DNA from: a virus
Taxonomy: Duplodnaviria > Caudoviricetes
Direction: 5' to 3' (one strand)
IMG/VR virus record: IMGVR_UViG_3300026522_000022
Span: 66,611-130,610 of that record
DNA: 64,000 nucleotides
Position 1 is the stretch's first letter, and each line of letters begins with the position of its first letter. The notes beneath the pieces were generated by a model. That model was not told the origin of the DNA. It worked only from the letters and a program-made list of their open reading frames with translations, and made no database searches. The translations under genes were made by a program, and so were the position numbers. Shown here piece by piece: positions 13,100 to 22,743 of this stretch.

Positions 13100-13307
13100 T
13101 ATAGTCCGCCTTATATCCTTTACAACGAAAACCTCCTATGGTTTCGTAACGCCAATCTTTCAATATCTTTTTCTTTAACGTACAATACCAATAATCTGGG
13201 ATATGCGGGACGTCAATCCCACGATATTTACTATAAACACACCATCTACAACGGTGATGTTTATCTCTATACTTCGTGTTTACTGATTGCATTTTCTCAC
13301 TCTTCAC
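13080..13307 (-). CDS. Small Cys-rich hypothetical protein
   Basis: CRWC..C..C pattern, within the operon. Confidence 0.5.
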   Translation of the reverse strand: MKSEKMQSVNTKYRDKHHRCRWCVYSKYRGIDVPHIPDYWYCTLKKKILKDWRYETIGGFRCKGYKADYSDLQNI

Positions 13308-13562
13308 GAATTTGTTCTTCTAATTGATATAATTTTTTCCATATTTTATATTTAACAGAATCTTTTTCTTCTAGCCATTCTTCAAAATCTTCTCTTAAAA
13401 TTTCTGATTCTACTAAGAAACCATATACACAAGACAAAGGAATCTCTCTTAATTTTTTCATACAAGGAACCTCCTTTTCTCGTTCATAGCTTCAAAGTTC
13501 TCAAAGAATTAAATCAAAATAATTTGATATAAAAAGAACATCACAATCAGAAAATTCCTTCA

Positions 13563-14636
13563 TTATAATATCACCCTATTTCTAAATAAATATAAAAATT
13601 TGTCTTTTCCACAATCTAATGGAGAATCTTTATACCCTAGTTGATTATTTTCTTTATCAAACAAGAAACTAATTGTTACATATGGACTATATTTATCATA
13701 AATTTTTTGTAATTTATCTACGACTTTATTGTACTCTTCTGAATTTATTTCGTCAAAATCTTTATCGAATCCAATGATAACTTCATGTGCGCCGCATTCT
13801 TCTAACAATTGAAATTGATATTTTGATAATGAGCTGCCGCACACAGCGACGCATATATTTGACATAGTTCCAAAATAACTCATAAACTGTAAAACAGATT
13901 TTTCAGATTCAACTACAAGAGCTACGCCCATATCTTTAATATTGTCTTTCGCTTTATCTAATCCATATAAATTAAAAGCCAAAGGATGATTGCAGAGTTT
14001 TCCTCTTATTTTGGTTGGTCTATATTTACCATATTTTTCATCCTCTTGGACAAGAGTTCTTTGTCTAATACCAACCAACCTACCATTTTCATCTTTATGC
14101 GGAATTAAGATAACCCCATTTTCTGGATTATATCTTATCCCCATATAATCACAAATTTCTTTTTTAATTCCTTCTTTATACCAAGGAACAATTAAAGGTT
14201 GTGGATAATTAATTAAAACTGATTCGTTATATTCTGGCAATTCTACTTTTTCATTATTAATTTCAATGTCGTTAATTTTATCATAACGACTAAAAATCTT
14301 CCAATCTTCAATTGTAAAATCATCATCAGCTTCGCTAATTTGACTTTGAAGATTGAAGAAATTAACTACAAAATAGATTGCCTTATTTAGATCGTCAATC
14401 TCTCTAACCTTTTGGACTAGTTCAAAAACATCAAAACTGCCGCATGAACCTGTATAACATTTAAACAACTGTGTATTCTCATAGTAATATAACTTATGTG
14501 AATCACCATTATGACAAATAGTCTTTGCTACAATATAATTACTATACATTTCTGGTTCAGCTTCAAAGAAATCCAATAGAGAGTAAATATCTTCTAGTTC
14601 AAGATTTTCTTTAACTATTTCTTTACTATAAGACAT
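13563..14636 (-). CDS. DNA primase (Zn finger plus TOPRIM)
   Basis: CH..C..C Zn-binding region; NLYGL, VESEKS, GFDKD; next to the helicase. Confidence 0.85.
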   Translation of the reverse strand: MSYSKEIVKENLELEDIYSLLDFFEAEPEMYSNYIVAKTICHNGDSHKLYYYENTQLFKCYTGSCGSFDVFELVQKVREIDDLNKAIYFVVNFFNLQSQISEADDDFTIEDWKIFSRYDKINDIEINNEKVELPEYNESVLINYPQPLIVPWYKEGIKKEICDYMGIRYNPENGVILIPHKDENGRLVGIRQRTLVQEDEKYGKYRPTKIRGKLCNHPLAFNLYGLDKAKDNIKDMGVALVVESEKSVLQFMSYFGTMSNICVAVCGSSLSKYQFQLLEECGAHEVIIGFDKDFDEINSEEYNKVVDKLQKIYDKYSPYVTISFLFDKENNQLGYKDSPLDCGKDKFLYLFRNRVIL

Positions 14637-14645
14637 CTACCCTCC

Positions 14646-16178
14646 TTAACTAAATATTTCACCTGTAAAATAATTAATTCTTGTTGCAGCAATATGAATC
14701 AAATTATAATGATAATCTGTACAAAAAATTGGTTCAAATCTACAAGTTGATTTATTCGCAACCATCCACAAATAACATTTATTATATGAACCACGACGAT
14801 TTTTATAAATTGAAAGTTTTACATTCGGCATTGCAAAACCTTCTGCTTGACACTTCTCAGCTAATGCTTCTTTATCATCTTCTGTTACATCAAGTAGAAT
14901 CATACCCACGTCAATTTTATCTGCCATTGACTTTGCACCACGAAGCAAATTCTGGTCTGGAATATCTGAAGATTTCCAATCCTGATTCAACTGTGTACTA
15001 CTAAGAATAAAAACACCAAACTGATTGCAAATATCTTTTAACTTAACACTGAGAAGAAACAAAACATTATCTTCTCTTAATCTTACTCCACCTGAACGCT
15101 GCGAAATTTCTTCAAGAATTTTCATTGATGTATGGATATAATCATAAAAAATATACTTACATCCATGCATTCTAATATTTCTTTTGATAATATTTTCAAT
15201 ATCTCGGAGATTAAAGTCTGGAATTTCCTCAATATACAATGGAGAATTTGCTAAGATCTTCGCTGCTTCAATAACTCTTTCTTTTTCTCCAAAACTATAA
15301 TCCCCAACAAGGATATGCTCTTCATCTACATCTGCAAGAAATGCCAAACACATAGTCTGAATTTCATTTAGTTCAAGCTCTGTACTAATAAACAAAGACG
15401 CACAACTAAAACCATTATCTTCCCATTGACCATTACGCCAAATTTTATTACATGCACAATTACAAGCGTCCGCAATCATTGTACGAGTTTTACCAACACC
15501 AGTTGCGGCAGACCTTAAATAAAATTTTCCAAGTCTCATACCTCTAAGTGCAGTATTAATATATGGACCATATAATGGCATTCCCATTTCTGGTTCTTGT
15601 TGAAGTTCTTCAATAAGTTCAAGAATACCCTCGCCCGCATGAACTGCATCATCTGTACTATTATCAATGTATGTGCGGCGTATGTTGTCAATTCGATCTT
15701 CAATCAAGTTTGCTATATCAACAAGTGACAAACTATCAAGATAATTTTCTTGTTGTTGTTTTCTTTTTACATCAAAAATATTATCGGGATCGTATATCCA
15801 TGATACATCTAACCCAATATTATCATATTCTCTAAGCAGAGTCATCTTTTTAACTCTACTGTAATAATAATCAAAGTTACCTACATCTGCATTATTTGAA
15901 ACATTTTTAAGCCATTCAGAACCTTTACCTGTTTTATATATACCTAAAGATTCTGGTCTGGTTGACAAATAATCTTCAATCGTTCTAATTGTAATTCCAG
16001 TTGCGCCCATTTGATGAAGATTAAAAATTGCTCCAAATACTACTTTATGAAATTCATTTGGAAAATCATCTTCATTAAAGAAATATTTTCCATCATAATC
16101 CATCAAACTGGGCTGCCGCATTATACAACCAATTACTTGAACCGCAGATGGAGAATCTACATACTTGCTACCCGCCAA
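14646..16178 (-). CDS. DnaB-like replicative helicase
   Basis: AATGVGKT Walker A, FISTEL, DYIH, STQLN, KNRRG. Confidence 0.9.
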   Translation of the reverse strand: MAGSKYVDSPSAVQVIGCIMRQPSLMDYDGKYFFNEDDFPNEFHKVVFGAIFNLHQMGATGITIRTIEDYLSTRPESLGIYKTGKGSEWLKNVSNNADVGNFDYYYSRVKKMTLLREYDNIGLDVSWIYDPDNIFDVKRKQQQENYLDSLSLVDIANLIEDRIDNIRRTYIDNSTDDAVHAGEGILELIEELQQEPEMGMPLYGPYINTALRGMRLGKFYLRSAATGVGKTRTMIADACNCACNKIWRNGQWEDNGFSCASLFISTELELNEIQTMCLAFLADVDEEHILVGDYSFGEKERVIEAAKILANSPLYIEEIPDFNLRDIENIIKRNIRMHGCKYIFYDYIHTSMKILEEISQRSGGVRLREDNVLFLLSVKLKDICNQFGVFILSSTQLNQDWKSSDIPDQNLLRGAKSMADKIDVGMILLDVTEDDKEALAEKCQAEGFAMPNVKLSIYKNRRGSYNKCYLWMVANKSTCRFEPIFCTDYHYNLIHIAATRINYFTGEIFS

Positions 16179-16191
16179 TGTTTATTCCTTC

Positions 16192-16665
16192 CTACTGCAA
16201 ATCAAATAATTTAACACGTTTCGGTTTCTTGATATATTTTCTACTAACAGTAATAGTTTTCTTTGGCTCATCTAAGAAATCACTAATCTTTTGACCATTA
16301 AGAGCTTCTTTAAATTTACTTTTCTTTATCTTCTCTTGGATATAATCTGGATAAACATGCGGGAAGATGCCTATTCCGCCATTCGCTTTACTTGCATCTT
16401 CTCCCCGAATACCAAACCACCAATTAATTGTTTCTGCTATATGACTTAATTCATATCCATCTTTTGTAAATTTATTTATTTGAGAATCAATTTTATTTTT
16501 TGAATAAGCTTCTCCGCATTTTTCTTTCATTAACTTATGAATTGCATTTACTTCTTGAACACAACTTTTATGAGCATATCTTCTTCCAATTTGCTCGTAT
16601 TCTTCTTCTTCTCTATAGAATTTTCTATTACAATACAAGCAAATAACTTGCGGTTTCTTTGCCAT
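16192..16665 (-). CDS. Hypothetical Zn-finger protein upstream of the helicase
   Basis: CxxC..HxxC near the N-terminus. Confidence 0.6.
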   Translation of the reverse strand: MAKKPQVICLYCNRKFYREEEEYEQIGRRYAHKSCVQEVNAIHKLMKEKCGEAYSKNKIDSQINKFTKDGYELSHIAETINWWFGIRGEDASKANGGIGIFPHVYPDYIQEKIKKSKFKEALNGQKISDFLDEPKKTITVSRKYIKKPKRVKLFDLQ

Positions 16666-16770
16666 ATTACCTCACATTCCTCTATATATTTATTATATCA
16701 TAAAAAAATAGAGGTGTCAACAAAACGACCTCCTGTAAAGGAGGTCGTTTAAAATTCTTGGTTATTTTTT

Positions 16771-17775
16771 TTAAATACCCATGCCCATAGCTTCAACAAG
16801 GTCATCAACAATAAGTGCGAGCTGTTCTGTCTGAGAACGAGTCATATCGCTAACTTTCTTTCCAGCTCCAAGGTACTTAGTTGTAATTTCAACAATTCTT
16901 GGCGCCCATGTAGTTCCAAAAGAACTACCTGTTACTTCTTGGAGTTTAGCTACAGCCGCGTTAAATTGATTCATCAAATCGTCAAAATCAAGCTCAGGTT
17001 GCGGCGTATGTGCAGTAGTACGTTTATCTGTTACATATTTACCTTGAGTTTCTTCTGCCTGCTTATCAATAGCATTTCCAATAGCATCAACAAGATTTTG
17101 ATAAGTAAACTCAATTGAATCAGGAGTATACTTAAAACGAGAACCAGCTACAAAACGTGGAGTACCCCGCATATAAAGAGTAGTATGAACAGTTCCATCT
17201 TCCTCTTGGGATGCATGGGCAAAACCAATAATATCAGACATGCGATCTACAATAAGACGAGGACGATTAGCAAGAGTAGGAACAATTTGATTATACTCTA
17301 CACCATTTTCATCTACAAACGATTTGTCTTGAGAGTGACTAATCATTACAAGACCATATCCCATTTGCGGGATACTACGCAGAGCTTCGTCAAATTCTTT
17401 GCTTGCCTTAGACCAACCTTGACCATAAGGAATTTCATTAATTGCGCTAACACCAGCTTGATTGCAAATAAACTTTTCACAAAGATCGTATGCAATATCT
17501 GCCGTATCAATTACAATATTAGAAAATTGTTCGTGAGCTTTTTCATCTTTAAGCTGCTTAAGAACTTGTTTAAATTCAGACCATTTATTAATTGGTTGCG
17601 CCATAATTCCAGGAATTGCAAGATAACCAGTTTCAAAAGCAAGAAGAAGAGCTTTAGGAAACTGAGACGCAATGGTTGTCTTACCAGTCTTAGGCTCACC
17701 ATAAAGCATTACCGTATATCCACATAAGTCACGGCTAACTTCATGGGGCTGAATTGAGAAAATATCAATAGCCAT
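16771..17775 (-). CDS. AAA_24/Sak4-like P-loop ATPase
   Basis: YGEPKTGKT, IVIDT, ISHS motifs. Confidence 0.8.
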   Translation of the reverse strand: MAIDIFSIQPHEVSRDLCGYTVMLYGEPKTGKTTIASQFPKALLLAFETGYLAIPGIMAQPINKWSEFKQVLKQLKDEKAHEQFSNIVIDTADIAYDLCEKFICNQAGVSAINEIPYGQGWSKASKEFDEALRSIPQMGYGLVMISHSQDKSFVDENGVEYNQIVPTLANRPRLIVDRMSDIIGFAHASQEEDGTVHTTLYMRGTPRFVAGSRFKYTPDSIEFTYQNLVDAIGNAIDKQAEETQGKYVTDKRTTAHTPQPELDFDDLMNQFNAAVAKLQEVTGSSFGTTWAPRIVEITTKYLGAGKKVSDMTRSQTEQLALIVDDLVEAMGMGI

Positions 17776-17793
17776 CTTCGTTACCCCTTTTTA

Positions 17794-18726
17794 TTAAAAC
17801 TTAAAATCACCAGTGGATGCGGCAGGCTTTGCGTTACTTGCGGGAGCCACAAAAGCACTTGTAGAAGCATTACGAGAAGCCTGATAATCCTCAGCACGCT
17901 TTTTCTCTGCGGCTACGCGCTCTTCACGCTCAACGAGCTTCTGCTTAAACTCATCAACTGTAATAGTGGATTCATCATCGTACTCATAAGGCTCAGCCGC
18001 ACAACCTTCAATCTGCCAAGAACGAAGAGTACGAGTTGTAATATTAACCTGCGGACCACCAAACGCAGACTCAACCTCATTCTTTGTCTCAATTGTGGTG
18101 GAGATAATGTTACCCCAAACACGAGTAAGAAGAGGATTGGCGTTGCTAATATCACAATTCTCAAAATACTTAATACCATCAGGGTTCTTAATTGTATAAG
18201 TTACAGGGAGAACATCGCCACGGAAGTTGAACGCATATCCGCGAACATTCATATAATCCTCGCCATCCTCAACCTCTTGCAGAGTTGCTTCTGCAATAAG
18301 CATATCGGTTTCAAAAGATGCCTCGAAATTAACATCATTCGCAAGATGGCAGAAACTACCACGAACACGCTTTGCCGCAACCATACCATCACGACCAAGG
18401 AAGTCATTAATCTCTACGTCACCATCAATACGAACCTTAAGTGCAGAGGTACCGACTTCCTCAAAAGTATTCTGAGTTCCACTAAGAATTTGCTGAAGAA
18501 CCTTATAAGTTGCATTCTCCTTACCGCTACGAGCATAACGCTCAGTAACATAAGTAAACGAAACAGGAACGACATTCATACCCTGATCATCTGTCGCAAC
18601 ATTAATAATACCCTGAATGAAAGGAGTACCAGGATTCTTAGACTGCTCACCCGTTACTCGTGCCTGTAGACTGTGTGAAAAAATGTAACCCTCAACATGT
18701 GTATTATTTGTCCAGTTTGTGCGCAT
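17794..18726 (-). CDS. Putative single-stranded DNA-binding protein
   Basis: Beta-rich body, flexible tail ending DFKF, high-expression codon bias, position in the replication operon. Confidence 0.6.
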   Translation of the reverse strand: MRTNWTNNTHVEGYIFSHSLQARVTGEQSKNPGTPFIQGIINVATDDQGMNVVPVSFTYVTERYARSGKENATYKVLQQILSGTQNTFEEVGTSALKVRIDGDVEINDFLGRDGMVAAKRVRGSFCHLANDVNFEASFETDMLIAEATLQEVEDGEDYMNVRGYAFNFRGDVLPVTYTIKNPDGIKYFENCDISNANPLLTRVWGNIISTTIETKNEVESAFGGPQVNITTRTLRSWQIEGCAAEPYEYDDESTITVDEFKQKLVEREERVAAEKKRAEDYQASRNASTSAFVAPASNAKPAASTGDFKF

Positions 18727-18812
18727 CTAATTCTCTCTTTCTTTTATCTTTCCATTATTGTATATATATTATATCAAAATTTTTCTTTTTAGTCAAGCAA
18801 TATTATATTTAC

Positions 18813-19076
18813 TTATCTTCTCTCACCCCATGCGCAGTAGCCGTCGGGCTCAACTTCGCCGAACCCCTCACAATGCCAGACGCGCCCCCATGGCCCGTAG
18901 TCCTCTACGTCAACGTTCATGCAATCCCTGCACCGCACGAGGTCACCCATGCGCTTGACCGCGCTCCATCCGTCCCAGTAGGTCGGGCGATACTCAGACC
19001 AGATGCCCTCGTGCTCAGCCATCGTCCACCCCAGCCTTGCCGCCACCTCGCGGCGCTCGTCGCTAGTCATCGTCAT
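18813..19076 (-). CDS. GC-rich hypothetical protein (MTSDERREVAARL..CRDC..DGYCAWGERR)
   Basis: Typical small phage Cys protein; GC content well above the flanks. Confidence 0.6.
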   Translation of the reverse strand: MTMTSDERREVAARLGWTMAEHEGIWSEYRPTYWDGWSAVKRMGDLVRCRDCMNVDVEDYGPWGRVWHCEGFGEVEPDGYCAWGERR

Positions 19077-19353
19077 TGCAGCACCTCTCATATGTCTTGT
19101 TAAATATGTCTTGTTTGCATGGATATAGCTCGCCATTGACGCCCTTAATGATGTAGTCGCCGAGGTTTACATCCATCTCGCCCTCAAGCGTCCTAATGGT
19201 GCATTCAACTGGGTAATTTGGATTTGTCTTCTGATACACTACACCACTCACAATCGCATCAGCGAACCATTGTGGGTAATCTCGATTACGTATTGTATAC
19301 ATCAAGATTTGAAAAGCTTCAACCTCAATTGACCTTTTGCGGTATCTTGCCAT
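19063..19353 (-). CDS. PGDYG-like phage protein
   Basis: YRKR.IEVEA..TLEGEM..GDYIIKGVNGELYPCK.DIF. Confidence 0.7.
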   Translation of the reverse strand: MARYRKRSIEVEAFQILMYTIRNRDYPQWFADAIVSGVVYQKTNPNYPVECTIRTLEGEMDVNLGDYIIKGVNGELYPCKQDIFNKTYERCCNDDD

Positions 19354-19495
19354 CTCTAACCTTTCAAAGCGGTCATCTCCGCAGACTTCGCAGTCCATTG
19401 CTTCACCTTTCTTCCACAGTTAAGGCAGTACTTCTGGGTATATCTCCACTCAGAAGGGCCATATCTTTGCCCTTCTTTGTATTTATAATTACTCA

Positions 19496-20134
19496 TTATT
19501 TATCAGGCCAAATTCCCGTAATGAATTCATTGTAAGGAAGTGTATGAACCCATTCTACAAAATCTTTAGACCATTGCAGCAGCCTGTGGTTTTTTCTTTG
19601 ACGATACATTGCTGCTAATGTTTCATAATTTAAGCAAACGGTACGTTTTTGAATAAATGACTCTGGTAACATAGCTTTTAACATTTTTAAATAATAATTT
19701 TTACGTTGAGGGTCATTTTTCGCTCGGTCAGCCGCAGTTTTTAAAACATTAATATAATCTTTAAAAGCAACTTCAATATTTCAATCTGCTCCATCAAATT
19801 CAGGTCATTCAAAATCTTCTTCGTCAAAATCTTCATCTAAAATTTTATGCATAGTAGATTCTGAATTTGCAGATGTGCCTATTTTATAAGTATCCCATTC
19901 TGCTCACCAGTATCTCGGCGCTCAAATATCTGCTCATACCTGAATCATACGTAAATATTTTCTATGTTCTGTTCCAGCTTGCCAAAGATTCTTTGCTAAC
20001 TTATAATCATTTGGCCCAAGATAAAAATGACCATTATCCCAATAGGAATCATATTTGTTATATGACTTTAAAGGGTTCCGCATACCTCGAATAGCTGGTT
20101 CAAAACCACTAACATTTAGAGTTTTAAATTTCAT
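19496..20134 (-). CDS. Conserved phage ThyX-like protein (several TGA=Trp)
   Basis: AIRGMRNP, HRKYLR, APRYWWAEWDTYKIG, STMHK, LPESF.QKRT, RKNHRL. One 213-codon frame with readthrough. Confidence 0.65.
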
Positions 20135-21066
20135 TAGCCTATTCCCTTGTTCCCATTATAACCTAAAGAATTAGAGTTATAAAGTGAAATAAAATATTTC
20201 TCTTTCTTATCTAAGTCTTGCGGCGGACACTCTTCTAATAATTCAAAACTGAAATTTTCAATTCCATATTCCTGCATAGCCGAGTATAATTTATTTCCTG
20301 TGGGAGTATCAATACCAATCGCGGCCTTAACGTGATCGTTTCATCTAAGCCGCACATCTTTAGCTTGACCAATATAACATTCTTCTGTTTGAAGATTTGT
20401 TATTTTATAGATGCCGCATACATTTTGTTTTCCTAATATTTTAGGAAATTTTATTTTAGTTATTGGCTGATAGTATGCAGTTCATATTACCATAGAAAGT
20501 GCGCGAGGTTTTGAAATTCTCATTTTAGTTTCTTCAAGGATTGCAATATCTCTTTGTTCTCCTTTTGGAAGAGACAAAGTAAAAAAATCTTTATTTGCTT
20601 TAATCTCTTTTTCTTTGCGTGCGGCTTCAATAACAGCAATTTTAGTATTTTGTAAAGACTGTAATTCTAAACCTGTTTCTTCAATTTCAACTAACATTTT
20701 ACGTCTTTGATTTTCAAGTTCAGTTAAGTCTTTATTAAATTCAGCCTCTAATACTTTTCGACGTTCTTCCGCAGCTTCTTCGGCTAACTGTTTTGTATTT
20801 TCAATTACTTTTATTTTTTCTTCATACTGACTTTGCAGTTCCGACTGACGGACCTCGGCCGCATGAATTTGTTCTTCTCTTCATTTTATATCAGATACTA
20901 AATTTTTAATTCTTAATTCTAACTTTTCTTCTTGATTGTGTAATTCTTCGCAAGTTTTTCTTATTTCTTCGTTTCTATCTTCTATTGGTTTAGAAGCAAA
21001 TTTGCGACCTACGAAAAAGGCAATAATAATTAATATTATTGCTACAACTCAAAAAATTCCATCCAT
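20134..21066 (-). CDS. Protein with an N-terminal TM helix, coiled coil and C-terminal GIY-YIG domain (four TGA=Trp)
   Basis: Hydrophobic N-terminus; CGIYKITNL..YIGQAKD..R-W(TGA)..H. 311-codon frame. Confidence 0.75.
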
Positions 21067-21120
21067 AACAAAATGGAGGTAGGGATATCCCTACCTCCAT
21101 CCTCCGTTATTTAAGTTAAA

Positions 21121-21378
21121 TTACTCAGCAACGGGCTTCTCAGCTGCGGGATCGACCTGCTCACCATCAGCAGTAAGACGAATAACCTTCTTCTCGATAC
21201 CCTCAACAACAACGCGCTCAGTAAGACCCTTCTTCTGAAGGCCGGTAGCAATACCATTAACGGACTTAGCGGAAAGGCCAGTACCCTCAGCAATATCGTC
21301 AGCAGTAAACTGACCCTTTACATTAGCCTGTAGAAAACGAAGTACGGTCTGAGCATTCTCTGAAAACATAGCAGCCAT
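21121..21378 (-). CDS. Small winged-helix DNA-binding protein
   Basis: TADDIAEGTGLSAKSVNG..LQKKGL HTH pattern. Confidence 0.7.
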   Translation of the reverse strand: MAAMFSENAQTVLRFLQANVKGQFTADDIAEGTGLSAKSVNGIATGLQKKGLTERVVVEGIEKKVIRLTADGEQVDPAAEKPVAE

Positions 21379-21535
21379 TCTAATCTCCTTTTTTCTCTAA
21401 TTTTTTCTTACCTGTTTTCTAATAATATTATATAATATTATTTCTTAAATGTCAATAAATTTTATTTCTTAACTTTTATTATCTCCATTTAAGATATATA
21501 TATTATACTAATTATTTTTTATTTAGTCAATAATT

Positions 21536-21718
21536 TTAACTAAAAATTACTTGTCTGCCACAATTTGGACAGTATATATTTCCTTTTACCCCATTTCATA
21601 TATCTGAACTACAACCTTGATGATTACATTTAGAACAATAGCCTAATTCACCACCAATTCAATATTCTTTATTGGGGTCTTGCACAATATCATCGTTCAT
21701 ATTTTTAATTTCGTCCAT
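21536..21718 (-). CDS. Small Zn-ribbon protein (two TGA=Trp)
   Basis: CSKC..CPNCG; starts overlapping the ligase stop. Confidence 0.55.
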
Positions 21719-22743
21719 TAGGCAAATACCTCCTCTAACTGACAATCTTTAATATCTTTATCATAACGCATAGTCTCAAATACTGGATGACGAATAGTCT
21801 TATCCTTTTTGTTCAAAGACATACAAGATACTTGAACTACTTGATTAAGATATTTTTCAGGATTTTCAGCCATATCTGCACGAATATCATCTGATAATCC
21901 TGAAGCTACACGACCTACTTCAATAATCTTACCATTTTTATATGCACCCAGCCGCATAGCATTTTTCCAACCATAATAATAGTGTTTTGTTACTGGTTCA
22001 CCATCAATCCAATATTGCCAAGTTTCAAGCTCTTTGCCCGTATATTCTTTAATTGGATCAAGCAATTCCATGCATATAAGATCAACGCTATCAACATGTT
22101 CTTTCATCTTAAAGCAAGTCATAGGTCGCTTATCTGGCTCGTATATACTATCTTTGCGTTTAAAGACCATACCTTCGCCGCCCATTATAAAAATATTATT
22201 AAGTATACTTTCAAAATCTGAATCGTAAATAATACTTAAATGAACTTGCGGCGAGTATTCAAAATTCTTTAGATAATTCCATCTATCAATAAATCCAATA
22301 GAAGTCAAATCTATACCATCGTACCGTATACAATCAAAAACATAATAATGAATTAACCCACCAAATTCATCGGTTTGAGTTTGACGCTTAATCGCATTGG
22401 CGGCTGTGCATCCCATAATCTTTGTAACATCATTTGACTTACCACCGGGCACAAAAATCTCACCAATTAATACAGTTTCATTTGGAAGCTGCTTTGCCCA
22501 CTCAATAATATGCGGCACATTCGCAGATTTTTCTGTTAATTCTCCAGTTTTCTTGGATTTAGTTCTGCCAAAGAGATAGATACGTTTATCATCTATCTTT
22601 TCTAGCATATACCAAGCTCCATCAATCTTTTCTTGAGCAACCCAATCTCCGCTTGTAAATGCGGCATCAACAATTGAATCAGCTGGTTTATTGTGATACC
22701 GCATTGCAGGGACTTGATGTGACCCAGAATACAGGCTAGACAT
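21718..22743 (-). CDS. ATP-dependent DNA ligase
   Basis: EKIDG, GEI, VFDC, EGMVFK, RHPVF..R.DK. Confidence 0.9.
   Translation of the reverse strand: MSSLYSGSHQVPAMRYHNKPADSIVDAAFTSGDWVAQEKIDGAWYMLEKIDDKRIYLFGRTKSKKTGELTEKSANVPHIIEWAKQLPNETVLIGEIFVPGGKSNDVTKIMGCTAANAIKRQTQTDEFGGLIHYYVFDCIRYDGIDLTSIGFIDRWNYLKNFEYSPQVHLSIIYDSDFESILNNIFIMGGEGMVFKRKDSIYEPDKRPMTCFKMKEHVDSVDLICMELLDPIKEYTGKELETWQYWIDGEPVTKHYYYGWKNAMRLGAYKNGKIIEVGRVASGLSDDIRADMAENPEKYLNQVVQVSCMSLNKKDKTIRHPVFETMRYDKDIKDCQLEEVFA

Noticed and set aside
13488-13506. CTT-TGA pairs in a small ORF downstream of the primase as further frameshift sites
   Set aside because: They are not followed by C, and the frame continues sensibly with Trp readthrough.
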